DNA from: Chloroflexota bacterium
GTDB lineage: Bacteria; Chloroflexota; UBA11872; VXOZ01
Length of the DNA: 64,000 nucleotides
Reading direction: 5' to 3'
Assembly: GCA_965261635.1 (NCBI GenBank)
Contig: OZ253463.1
Span: forward strand, 13,089 to 77,088
Part shown: piece by piece, positions 40,281 through 50,937 of the stretch
How the letters are laid out: every line of letters starts with the position of its first letter
Numbering within the stretch: the stretch's first letter is position 1
Program-made: the position numbers and the translations under genes
Notes under the pieces: generated by a model
Told to the model about the DNA's origin: nothing
Database searches by the model: none
The model's input: the letters and a program-made list of their open reading frames with translations, nothing else

Positions 40281-40554
40281 AAGCTTCTCTCCTTGTCTCG
40301 AAATAGTGCCCGGCTAGTCAGATAGAGTGTGCAAGTAATCGGCAGCCAACCCATCCGTTCATACTTCGACAAGCTCAGCACGAACGGATGGGGCATTCCA
40401 ACGACACTCTACACGCAATCCTGCTTATCACACGGCGACACGGCGCTCTTGGCGTGTATCCAGTTCAGAGCCAAGAGCGCCGCATGCAACGCCCCACTGA
40501 CAGAGTCGTCAACACCGTGATAGGCCAGCGGCCCGGGTCGGCCAAAGCCTTCTG

Positions 40555-41973
40555 CTACTTACTTGCGTAGTATTCGTCGAGAAGCGCCTGCACTTCCTTG
40601 CTGGCATCGCGCATGGCTTCCTCGACCGTTGCCTCTTGGTTCCAGGCGCGCGCCCGATGCGCGCCGAATGCGCGAATGTACGGCAGCCACACGGCGTTAA
40701 TCTGGAAGGTGAAAAAAGCGCCGCTGCGCAAGGGCTCCAGATAGGCGTCCAGCTCCCGCGGCGGCCGGGACTTCTCGGTCTGCAACCGGGGATTGTCCCA
40801 CACGGTCCGCTTGACCGGCAAGCCATAGTTGTTGATGGTGTACTGGCCTAACTGCGACTCGTCGTCTGTGACGTAGAACTTCATCAGTTCCCAACCTTCG
40901 TCGGGCACTTTGGTCTGCGACCACAGATAGAAGCAGGCGCCGACCGCCGGCACCTTGTCGACCTTGCCTTTTACCATGGGAACCGCGTGTATGGGCAATT
41001 CCTCAACCTGAGGCGAACCCCAAGCGGATTCCTGACCGAGCAGGAGGTTCATCATCGCGGTGCGCTGGTAGGCAAAGGGCGCATGATACGCCTTACCCGG
41101 TTCAACATTCTCCGTGATGGCCGCAACGTCGTCTGCGGTGGGTGAGACGCGCCACTTGAATTCCAAGTTCCAAAGGAACTGGATGACCTCGATGAATTCG
41201 GGCTCGTGCATCGTGGATTTGGTATGGTCCTCGGAAAGGAACGTCGCCCCGTTCTGGCCCAGGAAGCCCAAGACGTCTGCGGTGACCTGCTTGTTGTTGA
41301 AGAAACCCCAAATCTGGTCTGTTTCCACGCTCGACCGTTGGGTAATCTCGCGAGCCACGTCAACGAACTCACCGCCGTCGTCCGGGTTCCAGGTGAGGGA
41401 GCCTCCGGGCGGATTCAAGCCGTACTTGTCGAAGATGGACTTGTTGTAAGCCGTGGCCGTAGTAATCTGGTTGATCTGAGTCACCCAGTAGGTACCGTCA
41501 GGGTCTTGACCCCAATCCTGCGCAATGACGTCCTCGAAGTCGGCGGCATCGCGCTTGTAATAGTTGGTGAGTTCAAAGCAGTGACCGGCGTCGCGGCGTT
41601 GCGGATAGAGCACGATGCCATGATGGAAAACGTCCGGGGCAGCACCGGCCGCAAGTTGTGTATTGACCTTCTCCGACACTTCACGATATATCGGGGCCGA
41701 CCAATTAACCGTGATGCTGGGGTTCTGCTCCTGGAAGCGGTCAACCACCGTTTTGCCCCAGAACGGCTCCACGGCGGACTGGTCGTTTGATATGAACAGG
41801 GCCGGGCTTCCATGGGCTTGGCCGCCTCTTCAGCGGCCTTGGGCGCGTCCTCCTTGGCAGCAGGCTCCACTGTAGGTGCCGCCACCTGACCGCACGCCGC
41901 GAGCCACACCGAACCTGCGCTTGCGGGCTGCCGATCCCCAAAGCAGGGAGCGACGCGAGAGTGTCTTTGCCAT
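40555..41973 (-). pseudogene. ABC solute-binding lipoprotein with two N-terminal frameshifts (pseudogene or sequencing error)
   Basis: MAKTLSRRSLL, then +1 shift near 41925 to ASAGSVWLAACGQ, then -1 shift near 41804 to ALFISNDQSAVEPFW. Confidence 0.7.
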
Positions 41974-42574
41974 AGCTAAGCCTCCATGAGTTCCGCACTT
42001 CGTATGCTCAGACTATTGAGACGACGCTAACTAACTCTCACTCGAGACTGGCTAGCGAATCCTCCCTTCCGTCAATCGGGCTACTCTTCCACACCTAGAG
42101 TAGTTGTACATCACGCCTCTACAAAAGTCAATCCCCCACCGAACGTTTGGAGCCCTCTTGACCTAACGGCGACGCGTAAGAAACTAGACCCAATTTCCTC
42201 TTCGGCACGTTCGGGGTAGGCTCTCTCGAAGTAAACACAGAGCGACGCGAGCCGAATATCGGCTATGCCGCCACCAAGGCTGTTCACCCTTCGACAAGCT
42301 TAGGGCGAACGGTTACGCTCCGCGCGGGTAGAGCTCCGCTCCGTGACGTTCCCCGCAAGCAAAGTCCTGCTCCGTTCGTGCTGAGCTTGTCGAAGCATGA
42401 ACGGAGTGAAATGTACTGATTAACCGCCATGCCGCTCCAGGGCTATTCACCCTTCGACCCTTCGTCAAGCTCAGGACAGGCACGTTTAGGGCGTACGTTT
42501 GCGCTCCGCATAGGTAGCGATACCTTAGGTTTGCGCTTCGACAGGCTCAGCGCGAACGGACATAGGCCGAAGAG

Positions 42575-42727
42575 GAGACCTTTGCGTAACTCGAGCCGGC
42601 GAGCGGGGTTTGGTCGTAATGACGAGGATTCCCCCTCACCCCCGTATCAAGTACGGGGCAGGCTCTAGCCCTCTCCCTCAATGGAGAGGGGATTCTGAAC
42701 CTCCGGGCCCGGTTATGCAATGGTCTT
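42575..42727. mobile_element. non-autonomous MITE with IS5-type ends
   Basis: gagacctttgcgtaact...gttatgcaatggtctt, same ends as the IS at 9637-10853. Confidence 0.7.
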
Positions 42728-42749
42728 CAAAAGGGAGAAAACCCAAGTT

Positions 42750-43880
42750 TTAGCCCGCTGCTGCGCTGACAGGCTGCAGGACCTCCTGCAAACGGGTAAT
42801 CACCGTCGGCACGTCATCGGGACGCAGCGTAATCGGGTCGATGAAGAGGAAGCCCTCTTCGGCGTAATGGTCGCGCGTGTAGATGGGCGGGCTGCCGTCT
42901 ATGAGCGCCTCGCACACGGCCACGGCATCCATGCCCGCGACTGCGGGATCAACCACGATCTTGGTGCGGGTCTGCGGATTGCCGGTGACGTCCCGCTCGG
43001 CAAAGACGTTGACGCCGGGTATGCCCTGCAGCGCCGCCACCATCACGTCCACCTTGGCGTTTTGCCCGGCTTCCCACGCGGCGTAGTCAAGGTTCGCCAG
43101 CCACTCCATGCGCTCGATGACGCTCACCACGCCTTCCTTGGAGGGCTTCATAGCGCGGCCGATGCCGGTGCCTTGCAAGGCCGCGGCCGCAACCAAGTCG
43201 CGCTTTCCGGCGATCACGCCTGACGTGAAGCCGCAGAGGTGCTTGTGGCCGCTGAAGCAGACGGCGTCCGCGCCCTCCGCCAGCAAGCGGTGAGCAAAGA
43301 ATGCCCCGGCAGCGGCGTCAACAATCACCGGAATATTGTGGCGGTGGGCAATCTCGGCAAATGCCGGCAGCGAGAGCTGACCGCTGGTGGCGGTCATGTG
43401 GGAGATGACGTATAGTGCCGCCGCGGTCTCCTCCGTGATTGCATACTCCATTTGTGCGGGCAGCGCGCGGTTGGCCTCGCCAAACTCCACAGCCTTCGCA
43501 CCGCTAAGGTGGACCATCTGCGTCACCGGCGCGCCAAACCCAACCGTGTGCCGCTTCTGAATGATGACTTCGTTCTTCATGCGGCTGGTATCGGGCAGGG
43601 CCAGCACTTTACCGAGATGCGTGCCGGTCATGGCACCCGCGCACAGCACCGTGATCGCCGAAGCCGCGCAATGGGTCACCGTGCCGGCCTCCGCGCCGGT
43701 GGCATGCGCAATCGCCGCGTTGGCGGCGGCCAGCAGCTCCGACATGCGCGCGAACTCCGGCGCCGCCTCGACAACCCGTTCAACCACTTGCGGGGGTATT
43801 GAAGATGCGCCGAGCGTCGTCTGTGTCCCTGCGGTGTTGATGATTGGCGTCAGGCCGTACCGCTCATGATATCTGGACAT
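42750..43880 (-). CDS. SelA-like PLP-dependent enzyme (DgaE-like ammonia-lyase family)
   Basis: IINTAGTQTTLG, VDAAA, FSGHK, GIGRAMKPSKE. Confidence 0.8.
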   Translation of the reverse strand: MSRYHERYGLTPIINTAGTQTTLGASSIPPQVVERVVEAAPEFARMSELLAAANAAIAHATGAEAGTVTHCAASAITVLCAGAMTGTHLGKVLALPDTSRMKNEVIIQKRHTVGFGAPVTQMVHLSGAKAVEFGEANRALPAQMEYAITEETAAALYVISHMTATSGQLSLPAFAEIAHRHNIPVIVDAAAGAFFAHRLLAEGADAVCFSGHKHLCGFTSGVIAGKRDLVAAAALQGTGIGRAMKPSKEGVVSVIERMEWLANLDYAAWEAGQNAKVDVMVAALQGIPGVNVFAERDVTGNPQTRTKIVVDPAVAGMDAVAVCEALIDGSPPIYTRDHYAEEGFLFIDPITLRPDDVPTVITRLQEVLQPVSAAAG

Positions 43881-44144
43881 AAGGGGCAATCTCCTCTCTC
43901 TTGGCTCCCCAACTGTTCTTATATCTCCAAATGTGCTGTGGCTCCCTAAAGTGCGTAGGGGCACGGCATGCCGTGCCCCTACATTGTAAATCGCTTTCTG
44001 CGGTAGGTTGCCGCTAGGGCTCACACCGAAACACTATCTGCGACCGCAATTCATCGACAAAGAGACACAATCTTGCCAAGTACTATCCCCTCGTCCTTGC
44101 ATCCGCAAGATGTCGCGCAAGTTGCATTTGCTATGCTGTCAGTC

Positions 44145-45572
44145 CTATCCCTTGTACTTCTCCTCCGTATCATCGAGGATGGCCTGAATTTGCGGCTTCA
44201 ACGCCAGCAGGCCTTCATCCACGCCAGCGGTACCGGCGTAGACCGCATTGACCCAGTCCTTCACCTCTGCAGAACCACTGAAAGCGAAATTGGGAACGAC
44301 CCAGCCGGGGTCGTAGCCGCCGGGGTAATCGAGAACGTCGATTATCACGCTCAGCCGGACCTTATCCTTCAGGTCGGGGAAGGTCTCGTTGGCCCAGGTC
44401 TCCATCAGGTCGGCGCGCGGCGGAATCGTGCCCTTACCCACGGCCCAGTTAAGGGTGCTGCCCTGCCACGCCACATACTGCCAGGCTTCCTCGGGGTGCT
44501 TCGCATTCGTCACGACCCCGTTGGCATCCGTCCATTGGAAGGAGGCCACGTTCTTCACAGTCGGCAATGGCGCGAAATCGATAGGCAAATCTTCGTCACG
44601 AATACGCTGCATCATATCGCCGAACGTGCCGCTGGAGAGCGTATTCAAGAACGCCAACTTGCCCTGGTAGAAGAGCTTGACGATGCTGCTCTCGCCGAAC
44701 AGGTCCGCGCCCTGACCGGGTTTGAGCATGGCGCCATGCTCGTGCACCATCGAGAAGTAGGAGCGGTAACAATCGATCGTCTCCGGACTATCGCAAACGG
44801 CACTCCGGCGGTCATCAGAAACCCACTGGCCGCCCCAGAGGAAGGGAAGATTGCCCACGAGCGCGCCGGTGCCCATGTTGGAAGCGCCAACAGTCGCAAC
44901 AGTACCGCTCTCGGTGACGGTGGTCTTCTTCGCCATGTCAATGTAGGCATCCCAGTTCCACTCCGGGTCGCCCCACGTGGCGGACGGCTCATTGAGACCG
45001 GCCTTCTCCAGGATTTCCCGGTTATACGGCAACGCCATCATGTTGCCGCCAGTCTGGTTGGGCAGACTGTTAATCTCATTGCGGATGCGACTAATCGAGT
45101 TGAAGATGTTCTGCGGATAGTGGCTCAGATCGAAGTTGTCGCGCTTGATATAATCGGCGAGATCAACAAAGTAGCCAAGCAAATAGGTCGCGTTATCCGC
45201 TTCCCAGGCAGCATCGGGTTGCTCTCCGGCCGCAAATGCCGTCCGGAATGATTCCTGATAGGCGTGCATATTGTGGATGACTTCCACCGTAACGCCGGGG
45301 TGCGACTCTTCGAACGGCGCTACGAGGGTGTCTGGGTAGTTCTCTAGCTGACGGGCATTGAGCCAGGTGCCGTAGCGGATGTGTACCGGCTCCTTCTCGG
45401 GAGCGGGCTCTTCGGCTTTCGGCTTGGCTTCTTCTGTCATTTCCTCTTTGGCAGCCTCGGGGCCCGCCATAGGCACCTGCCCACAAGCAGCAAGCAGCGC
45501 GCCGACACCGGTCACCCCAGCGCCCACAAGCACTCCACGTCGGGTCAAATGCAATTCATCACGCTCAACCAT
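44145..45572 (-). CDS. ABC solute-binding lipoprotein
   Basis: TRRGVL, LAAC, YNREILEKAG, WNWD, KHPEEAWQYV; aggagg RBS. Confidence 0.85.
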   Translation of the reverse strand: MVERDELHLTRRGVLVGAGVTGVGALLAACGQVPMAGPEAAKEEMTEEAKPKAEEPAPEKEPVHIRYGTWLNARQLENYPDTLVAPFEESHPGVTVEVIHNMHAYQESFRTAFAAGEQPDAAWEADNATYLLGYFVDLADYIKRDNFDLSHYPQNIFNSISRIRNEINSLPNQTGGNMMALPYNREILEKAGLNEPSATWGDPEWNWDAYIDMAKKTTVTESGTVATVGASNMGTGALVGNLPFLWGGQWVSDDRRSAVCDSPETIDCYRSYFSMVHEHGAMLKPGQGADLFGESSIVKLFYQGKLAFLNTLSSGTFGDMMQRIRDEDLPIDFAPLPTVKNVASFQWTDANGVVTNAKHPEEAWQYVAWQGSTLNWAVGKGTIPPRADLMETWANETFPDLKDKVRLSVIIDVLDYPGGYDPGWVVPNFAFSGSAEVKDWVNAVYAGTAGVDEGLLALKPQIQAILDDTEEKYKG

Positions 45573-46028
45573 TCTTCTGCCTCCTGTGGCTATTGTCGTT
45601 ACAACACCTGATGTCTCTACACTGTTGCGGCAAAAAACTCCCCCGGCGAACGCCGATGGGCACACACTTCGCGTCAGGCCGCACCGTTCAGTGCACGCTT
45701 CTTATACTCTAAGCCCTATCGCAAAGTGCAGTCAAGATAATCAGCAGGAAAGATACCGCCCGTGGAATGGTGCAAGCCGCTGCTGCGCCTGCGGCACACT
45801 CGACGCGGGACTTGCCGCATCACCAGATCCACACCGAGCGATCTGCAAGAGTGTTCGGGGAAATCGCCTGTGTTGCGCTTATTGAGAGAAGACGATTGCG
45901 GTACCGTAATCGCCGCTCAATCAGGTACTCGTTAGGTGCTTCTACACACGCAGACACGCCTGGGCAAAGTGCGCCCAAGGCGTGCTTCACATGTAACGTG
46001 GGAAAAACCTAGGTGTCGTTCGCGAGGT

Positions 46029-46259
46029 TCAGCCGCCAAGCGGGAGCAGTTCAGCGAGGCTAGATAACGCAACGACAGCAGCGCCGACTGAAAGGATCCA
46101 CCACTTTATGCCGCGAATCTCGCCGTCCATCCTGGCAACGTCAGCCTTCAGTTCAGCTTTCAACTGGGCAAGATCAGCCTTCGTCGCCAAATGTTCGTAG
46201 CCGCCTTCAATCCGGCTTACCCGTTCACCGAGTGAAGTTGCTTGCTCCGCCGTCGCCAC
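46029..46259 (-). CDS. small coiled-coil + C-terminal TM protein (DUF1640/CCDC90-like), copy 2
   Basis: LATKADL heptads, IKWW + hydrophobic tail; GTG start after aggag. Confidence 0.65.
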   Translation of the reverse strand: MATAEQATSLGERVSRIEGGYEHLATKADLAQLKAELKADVARMDGEIRGIKWWILSVGAAVVALSSLAELLPLGG

Positions 46260-46332
46260 GTGCGATCTCCTGAATGCAGGCCCTTCATGTCCCCATTGAC
46301 CACATGCGCGTTTTCTAAAATATTTCGGGGAT

Positions 46333-46563
46333 TCAGCCGCCAAGCGGGAACAGTTCAGCGAGGCTAGATAACGCAACGACGGCAGCGCCGACTGAAAGGA
46401 TCCACCACTTTATGCCGCGGATTTCACCGTCCTGTCTAGCAATGTCAGCCTTCAATTCGGCTTTCATCTGCGCAAGGTCGGCCTTCGTCGCCAAATGTTC
46501 GTAGCCGCCTTCAATCCGGCTTACCCGTTCACCGAGTGAAGTTGTTTGCTCCGCCGTCGCCAA
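46333..46563 (-). CDS. small coiled-coil + C-terminal TM protein, copy 1
   Basis: Near-identical to 46029..46259; TTG start after aaggagg. Confidence 0.65.
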   Translation of the reverse strand: MATAEQTTSLGERVSRIEGGYEHLATKADLAQMKAELKADIARQDGEIRGIKWWILSVGAAVVALSSLAELFPLGG

Positions 46564-46729
46564 CGCCTGACCTCCTTCTATGCACGATCCCGACATTCTT
46601 TATACTACATTTGTGCCATATGCACAAGTATTAAACAGTTCTATAGCGCGAAGGAGTCTTGTGCTTTAGAAAGCTCTTCGTCCTAGTGTTGTGATTTAAT
46701 TCCAGCGTGACACAAATTAGCGCTACTGG

Positions 46730-47668
46730 CTAGTTCATCTGGTAGCCGCGGTTGACATCCGGCAATCCCACCGGTTTGCCCAGCGCTTCCGCCATGGCAC
46801 GCACGTGGTAGGGGAGCGCGCCGCAACACGCGCCGATGAATTCAATACCGATGCCCTCCGCTTCCTTAGCGTACTCCGCCATGACAAAGCGGGTGACTAC
46901 ACGCGGCTCGATGCGCGGGTAGAGACCGGCGCGGCTAATGGCTTGATTGAATACCTCGCCCGGCTCCAGTTGATACGCCGTCGGCTGGACGCAAACAGGC
47001 ACCGAGACCGCATCCCGAATGCGCCGCGCCATGTCGTTCATGGTCTGCCAGGGGCGCATGCAGTTCACCCCCACCACGTCAGCGCCGTTATCCACCAGGC
47101 GTTGCGCCGCCTCCACCGGATCGTAACCGTCGCGCGTAAACTCGCTGTCGCGGAAGGTGAGCGTAACCACGGCCGGCACGCCCGCCTCCTTGACGAAGGG
47201 GATGACCAAGCTCGCTTCTTCTACCGAGTAGAAGGTCTCAATGATGAAGACGTCAACACCGGGGTCCATCTGCTCTGCAACCCGCCGCGCAAAGAATTCC
47301 TGTGCCCGTTTGCGGTCGTCTGCGTCTAGCCGCTCCCACTTGGATGAGCCGGAATAGATGAACTGGCTAACGGTGCCGGCCACGTAGCGGTCCGGCCCGG
47401 CGGCCTCGCGGGCCAATTCCACCGCTACTCTATGCAACTCCGCCTCGCGCCCAAAGGGTCGCACACCCCAGGACATGGCCTGCAAGAGCTCCGCGCCCGC
47501 ACGGGCGAACTCATGGTGCATTTCCAACACGGCTTCCGGATGGTTCAGCACGGCCATAGGGATATGCGAGGCATAGCTGCCCACTACCCGGCGCTCAAGC
47601 TCAAGGTAATATGCGCCGTCGCCAAGCAGCGGCCCTTGCGCGAGACGCTCGAGAAAATCCGCTTTCAC
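46730..47668 (-). CDS. homocysteine S-methyltransferase family protein (BHMT-like)
   Basis: GDGAYYLELERR, HHEFARAGA, GVNC, GACCG, YHVRAMAEAL. Confidence 0.85.
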   Translation of the reverse strand: MKADFLERLAQGPLLGDGAYYLELERRVVGSYASHIPMAVLNHPEAVLEMHHEFARAGAELLQAMSWGVRPFGREAELHRVAVELAREAAGPDRYVAGTVSQFIYSGSSKWERLDADDRKRAQEFFARRVAEQMDPGVDVFIIETFYSVEEASLVIPFVKEAGVPAVVTLTFRDSEFTRDGYDPVEAAQRLVDNGADVVGVNCMRPWQTMNDMARRIRDAVSVPVCVQPTAYQLEPGEVFNQAISRAGLYPRIEPRVVTRFVMAEYAKEAEGIGIEFIGACCGALPYHVRAMAEALGKPVGLPDVNRGYQMN

Positions 47669-47905
47669 CAGCCTACTCCTCATGGTTACAATTGCACGCA
47701 TGCATATCATACTGGAATAACGGCAGAGTACCTATTCTGCTTCTGCAGCGTAACCGCAGTCTTGCCCCGCCACACCCCCGCTGACCGGCCCTTCAGTGGT
47801 CATGGCAGTAAACGGAGGATGTAGCTGATGGCACGTGTGCCGGAAGGTGCGCGACCGCCCAACTATTGAGGAGAGCGGGCAAACCTGCTAGAATGACCTC
47901 GTGAG

Positions 47906-47982
47906 CGGGGCGTGGCTCAGCCTGGTAGAGCGCAGCGTTCGGGACGCTGAGGCCGGCGGTTCAAATCCGCCCGCCCCGACCA
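47906..47982 (+). tRNA. tRNA-Pro (anticodon CGG)
   Basis: cggggcg acceptor stem, D-loop tggta, cagcg-ttCGGga-cgctg, ggttcaaatcc, encoded CCA. Confidence 0.95.
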
Positions 47983-48136
47983 AGCAGTGAGACGAAGACT
48001 TCGTTAATTGCCCGTGTCGTCTACCATTGCTTATCCCACCGTCCGCATAGCGGTCATGTAGTACGCGCTCGCAGTTGCGCGCGCTCAGCGAGAGGCAGTG
48101 TAGCCGTTGCCGCTGATCAGCAACGGGAGGTTTGGA

Positions 48137-48448
48137 ATGCAGCAGCAACCGCAACAACCGGCAGTAGATAAGCTCGTCATTGCCGTGGTGCGCAACGATG
48201 ACGCCAACACTATCGTGGAAGAACTGGTCAAGCGGCGTATCGGCAATACGCGCATCAATACAGCCGGAGGCGTCCTGCGCCGGGGCAACGTGACCCTGCT
48301 CGTCGGCGTGCCGGCCAGCCAGGTCGATGAGACGCTTGACGTGATTCGCGAAAACGTGAGCGGCCAACCCCTCACCGGCCGCGGCCAAACCGGCAACAAT
48401 CGCGGCGTGGCCTTTGTCGTCGATGCCGGCCGCTATGTGCGGTTGTAA
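48137..48448 (+). CDS. PII-like cyclic-di-AMP receptor (PstA/DarA/YaaQ family)
   Basis: KLVIAVVRNDDA, TAGGVLRRGNVTLLVGV, GVAFVVD. Confidence 0.8.
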   Translation: MQQQPQQPAVDKLVIAVVRNDDANTIVEELVKRRIGNTRINTAGGVLRRGNVTLLVGVPASQVDETLDVIRENVSGQPLTGRGQTGNNRGVAFVVDAGRYVRL

Positions 48449-48860
48449 GCGGGCGTGAAATAAGAGCATCCGTTCATCCTTCGACAAGCTCAGGGCAGGC
48501 AGGTTCAGGACGAACGGGTAGCGATTCTTCTAACGGTCCAAATCTAATGGTCTCAAGTCGCAATCGCGATTTCGGCTCTGCTTAACCGTATCTCCTCTAC
48601 TCCCAGCTTGTTCTTATCTTCCGATTCGTTCTTTTTTTGTTCGTGGCGAGCCCGTATTCCGTTCGTAGTAAGCCCGCCGTCCTTTCGCGTTGAGCCCGTC
48701 TCCCGTTCCTGGCGAGCCTGTCTCCCGTTCGTGGTGAGCCTGTCGAACCACAAACTGCGATTGCCGAAAGGCCCTTCAAACATCCGCTCCGCGCAATACG
48801 CCGGCTAATTCAGCGCTCTCAACAAAGCTCCCAACAGTCCGCTGCGGGCACCCTCAAGGC

Positions 48861-49652
48861 CTACACGCCTTTTGATGTCAGGAACTCCAAACTTGACCGC
48901 AGGCAGTCGAAGGCATCGCGCCGACAGGTGTCTTGCTCTACGGCATACCACTCCACGCCCGCCTTATTTCCGGCCTCAATAATGCCGTCCCAGTCCAAAT
49001 TGCCCTCACCTACCGGGCACATGACCGGTCCCTCATCGGCGTCTACTTCCTTATCCTTGGCATGGATCACCGGCACCCGGCCGGACGCCTGCTCAAGCAG
49101 CCGCGCTGGATTGGCTCCGGCGTGCGCGACCCAATAGACATCAAATTCGAGCGTAAAGTCCGGCCCGCCTTCTTCAATGAAGATGTCGATCAGGGTCTTC
49201 GGCCCAGGCGCGATGCGCTCAAATTCGTGGGAATGGTTATGGTAACCGAAGGTCAGGCCGCCGGCCTTAAGCTTCTGGATAACCGGTCGTGCCGCCTCGA
49301 CAAAATCACGGTAGCCCTGCTCGCCCTGGCTGCGATAAGGTTGCGGAATGCCGCCGATCGCCACATAGTTGCAGTCCAAAGCGCCGTGAAAGTCGATTTC
49401 GGCCTGGGTATTCTGCGCCAAGTCTTCCCAACTGCGATGCGTGGCAATACAGCGAATGCCGACATCGTCCAGCATCTGCCGCGCTTCCTGCACGGTGATC
49501 TCAGGGTTTGCGCTTTCAAGGGCGCCTACCGCGGAGAACTGGGCAGCCTCATAGCCCATCCGGCTGATTTTCTTGAGCGATTCCGCCAGACCTTGTCGGG
49601 TCTTCGTGAAGTCCCGTACGGTGTACAACTGCGCTGCCACTTTGCTCGCCAT
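48861..49652 (-). CDS. sugar phosphate isomerase/epimerase
   Basis: QLYTVRD, YHNHSHEF, EFDVYW, IHAKD, VEQD. Confidence 0.88.
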   Translation of the reverse strand: MASKVAAQLYTVRDFTKTRQGLAESLKKISRMGYEAAQFSAVGALESANPEITVQEARQMLDDVGIRCIATHRSWEDLAQNTQAEIDFHGALDCNYVAIGGIPQPYRSQGEQGYRDFVEAARPVIQKLKAGGLTFGYHNHSHEFERIAPGPKTLIDIFIEEGGPDFTLEFDVYWVAHAGANPARLLEQASGRVPVIHAKDKEVDADEGPVMCPVGEGNLDWDGIIEAGNKAGVEWYAVEQDTCRRDAFDCLRSSLEFLTSKGV

Positions 49653-49841
49653 CGGTATCTCCTTGTGCTCATTTCTCCTAACGGAAGGGGTTGCTCACAC
49701 GTGATTATATACTCTTTGCGGTTTGCTTAAAGGAAGAGCGGCCAGACAACGCAAGTTCATAGTGGTCTGACCGGATGGCGCGCTAGTACAAGGGAGGGCA
49801 GAGGGGACCGCTGTATCGCTCACGCGCGTATTTGCTGACTG

Positions 49842-49867
49842 TAGCGCGGGGGACAAGCCCCCGCGCT
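49842..49867. repeat. REP-like family E (gcgggggacaagcccccgc)
   Basis: Relatives near 30321 and 11818. Confidence 0.65.
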
Positions 49868-49902
49868 TGTTGACGTTCAAGAAACGCAGAGCGGATGGAT
49901 TC

Positions 49903-50937
49903 GCTAGACTCACAAACGAAGTGCAACACCATGCTAAGGTGTTGCCATGGGAACACACTATCGTCAACTTTCCATTGAAGAGCGGTGTGAACTGGCCCGA
50001 CTTCACACCGCGGGGCACTCGTACCGGCAAATTGCTGCAGCTCTGGATCGCGCGCCATCGACCATTATGCGGGAGGTGAAACGGAATGGGTCTCGTACAA
50101 AGGGCTACCAAGCGACGTATGCAGATGAACAGGCATGGGCGCGGCGCTGGGTTGGCGGCAAGCTGGAACGGGATGCTGCGTTGCGCAAGACCGTGCTGGG
50201 GTACTTGCGACAGTGCTGGTCGCCGGAGCAGGTGGCAGGACACATGGCGCGGGATGCCGGTGGACCGGCCATCTCCCACGAGACCATCTATCGCTTTATC
50301 TACGGACAGGTGGCGCGCACCAAGGACTATAGTTGGCGGCACTACCTGCCGCGAGGCAAGGCGCAACGGCGACCCCATCGGCGCAGTGGGCGCAGTCCGG
50401 CCTCCTTCATTGCCAAGCGCCGTCCACTGGCGGAACGTCCCCAGGCGGCGGCCGACCGCCAAACCCCCGGCCACTGGGAGGCTGACCTGATGCTCTTTGG
50501 CAGAGGCGGCCACGCGGTGCTCGCCCTGCACGAGCGCCACTCGCGCTTGCTCATCGCTGCGCGCCAGCCCGGCAAGGCGGCAGACCCCATCGCCAGCACC
50601 ATGTACGATCTGCTCGCGGTCTTGCCTGAAGCCTGGCGACAGACCGTCACCTTCGACAACGGCACCGAGTTCGCGCGCCATTACCGCCTCCATGACTTGG
50701 GCATCCAGACCTTCTTCTGCGATACCCACGCCCCCTGGCAGAAAGGAGGCATCGAGAACGCTATCGGACGCATGCGGCGCATGCTGCCGCGCAAGACCGA
50801 CCTGGCGGAGATGTCTGCAGAGCGCTTTGCGCAACTTATCCAAGCCTACAATCACACCCCGCGCAAGTGCCTTGACTATCAAACCCCAGCCGAAGTATTT
50901 CTCAAACAAACGTTGCACTTGAAATGTGAATCCACCC
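49903..50937 (+). mobile_element. IS30-family insertion sequence
   Basis: Imperfect TIRs tagactcacaaacgaagtgcaac / gttgcacttgaaatgtgaatcca; probable 2-bp tc duplication. Confidence 0.85.

Noticed and set aside
42750-43880. Calling this gene selA
   Set aside because: It is short, lacks the SelA N-terminal domain, and has no selB/selD nearby; it fits the DgaE-like group better.
45575-45720. Possible riboswitch in the SBP leader
   Set aside because: GC-rich and possibly structured, but I recognise no aptamer consensus; needs an Rfam scan.
47906-47982. tRNA-Pro as an island or prophage attachment site
   Set aside because: No integrase and no duplicated tRNA 3' end seen in the window.
49695-50918. 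407-aa minus-strand ORF
   Set aside because: Antisense shadow of the IS30 transposase.
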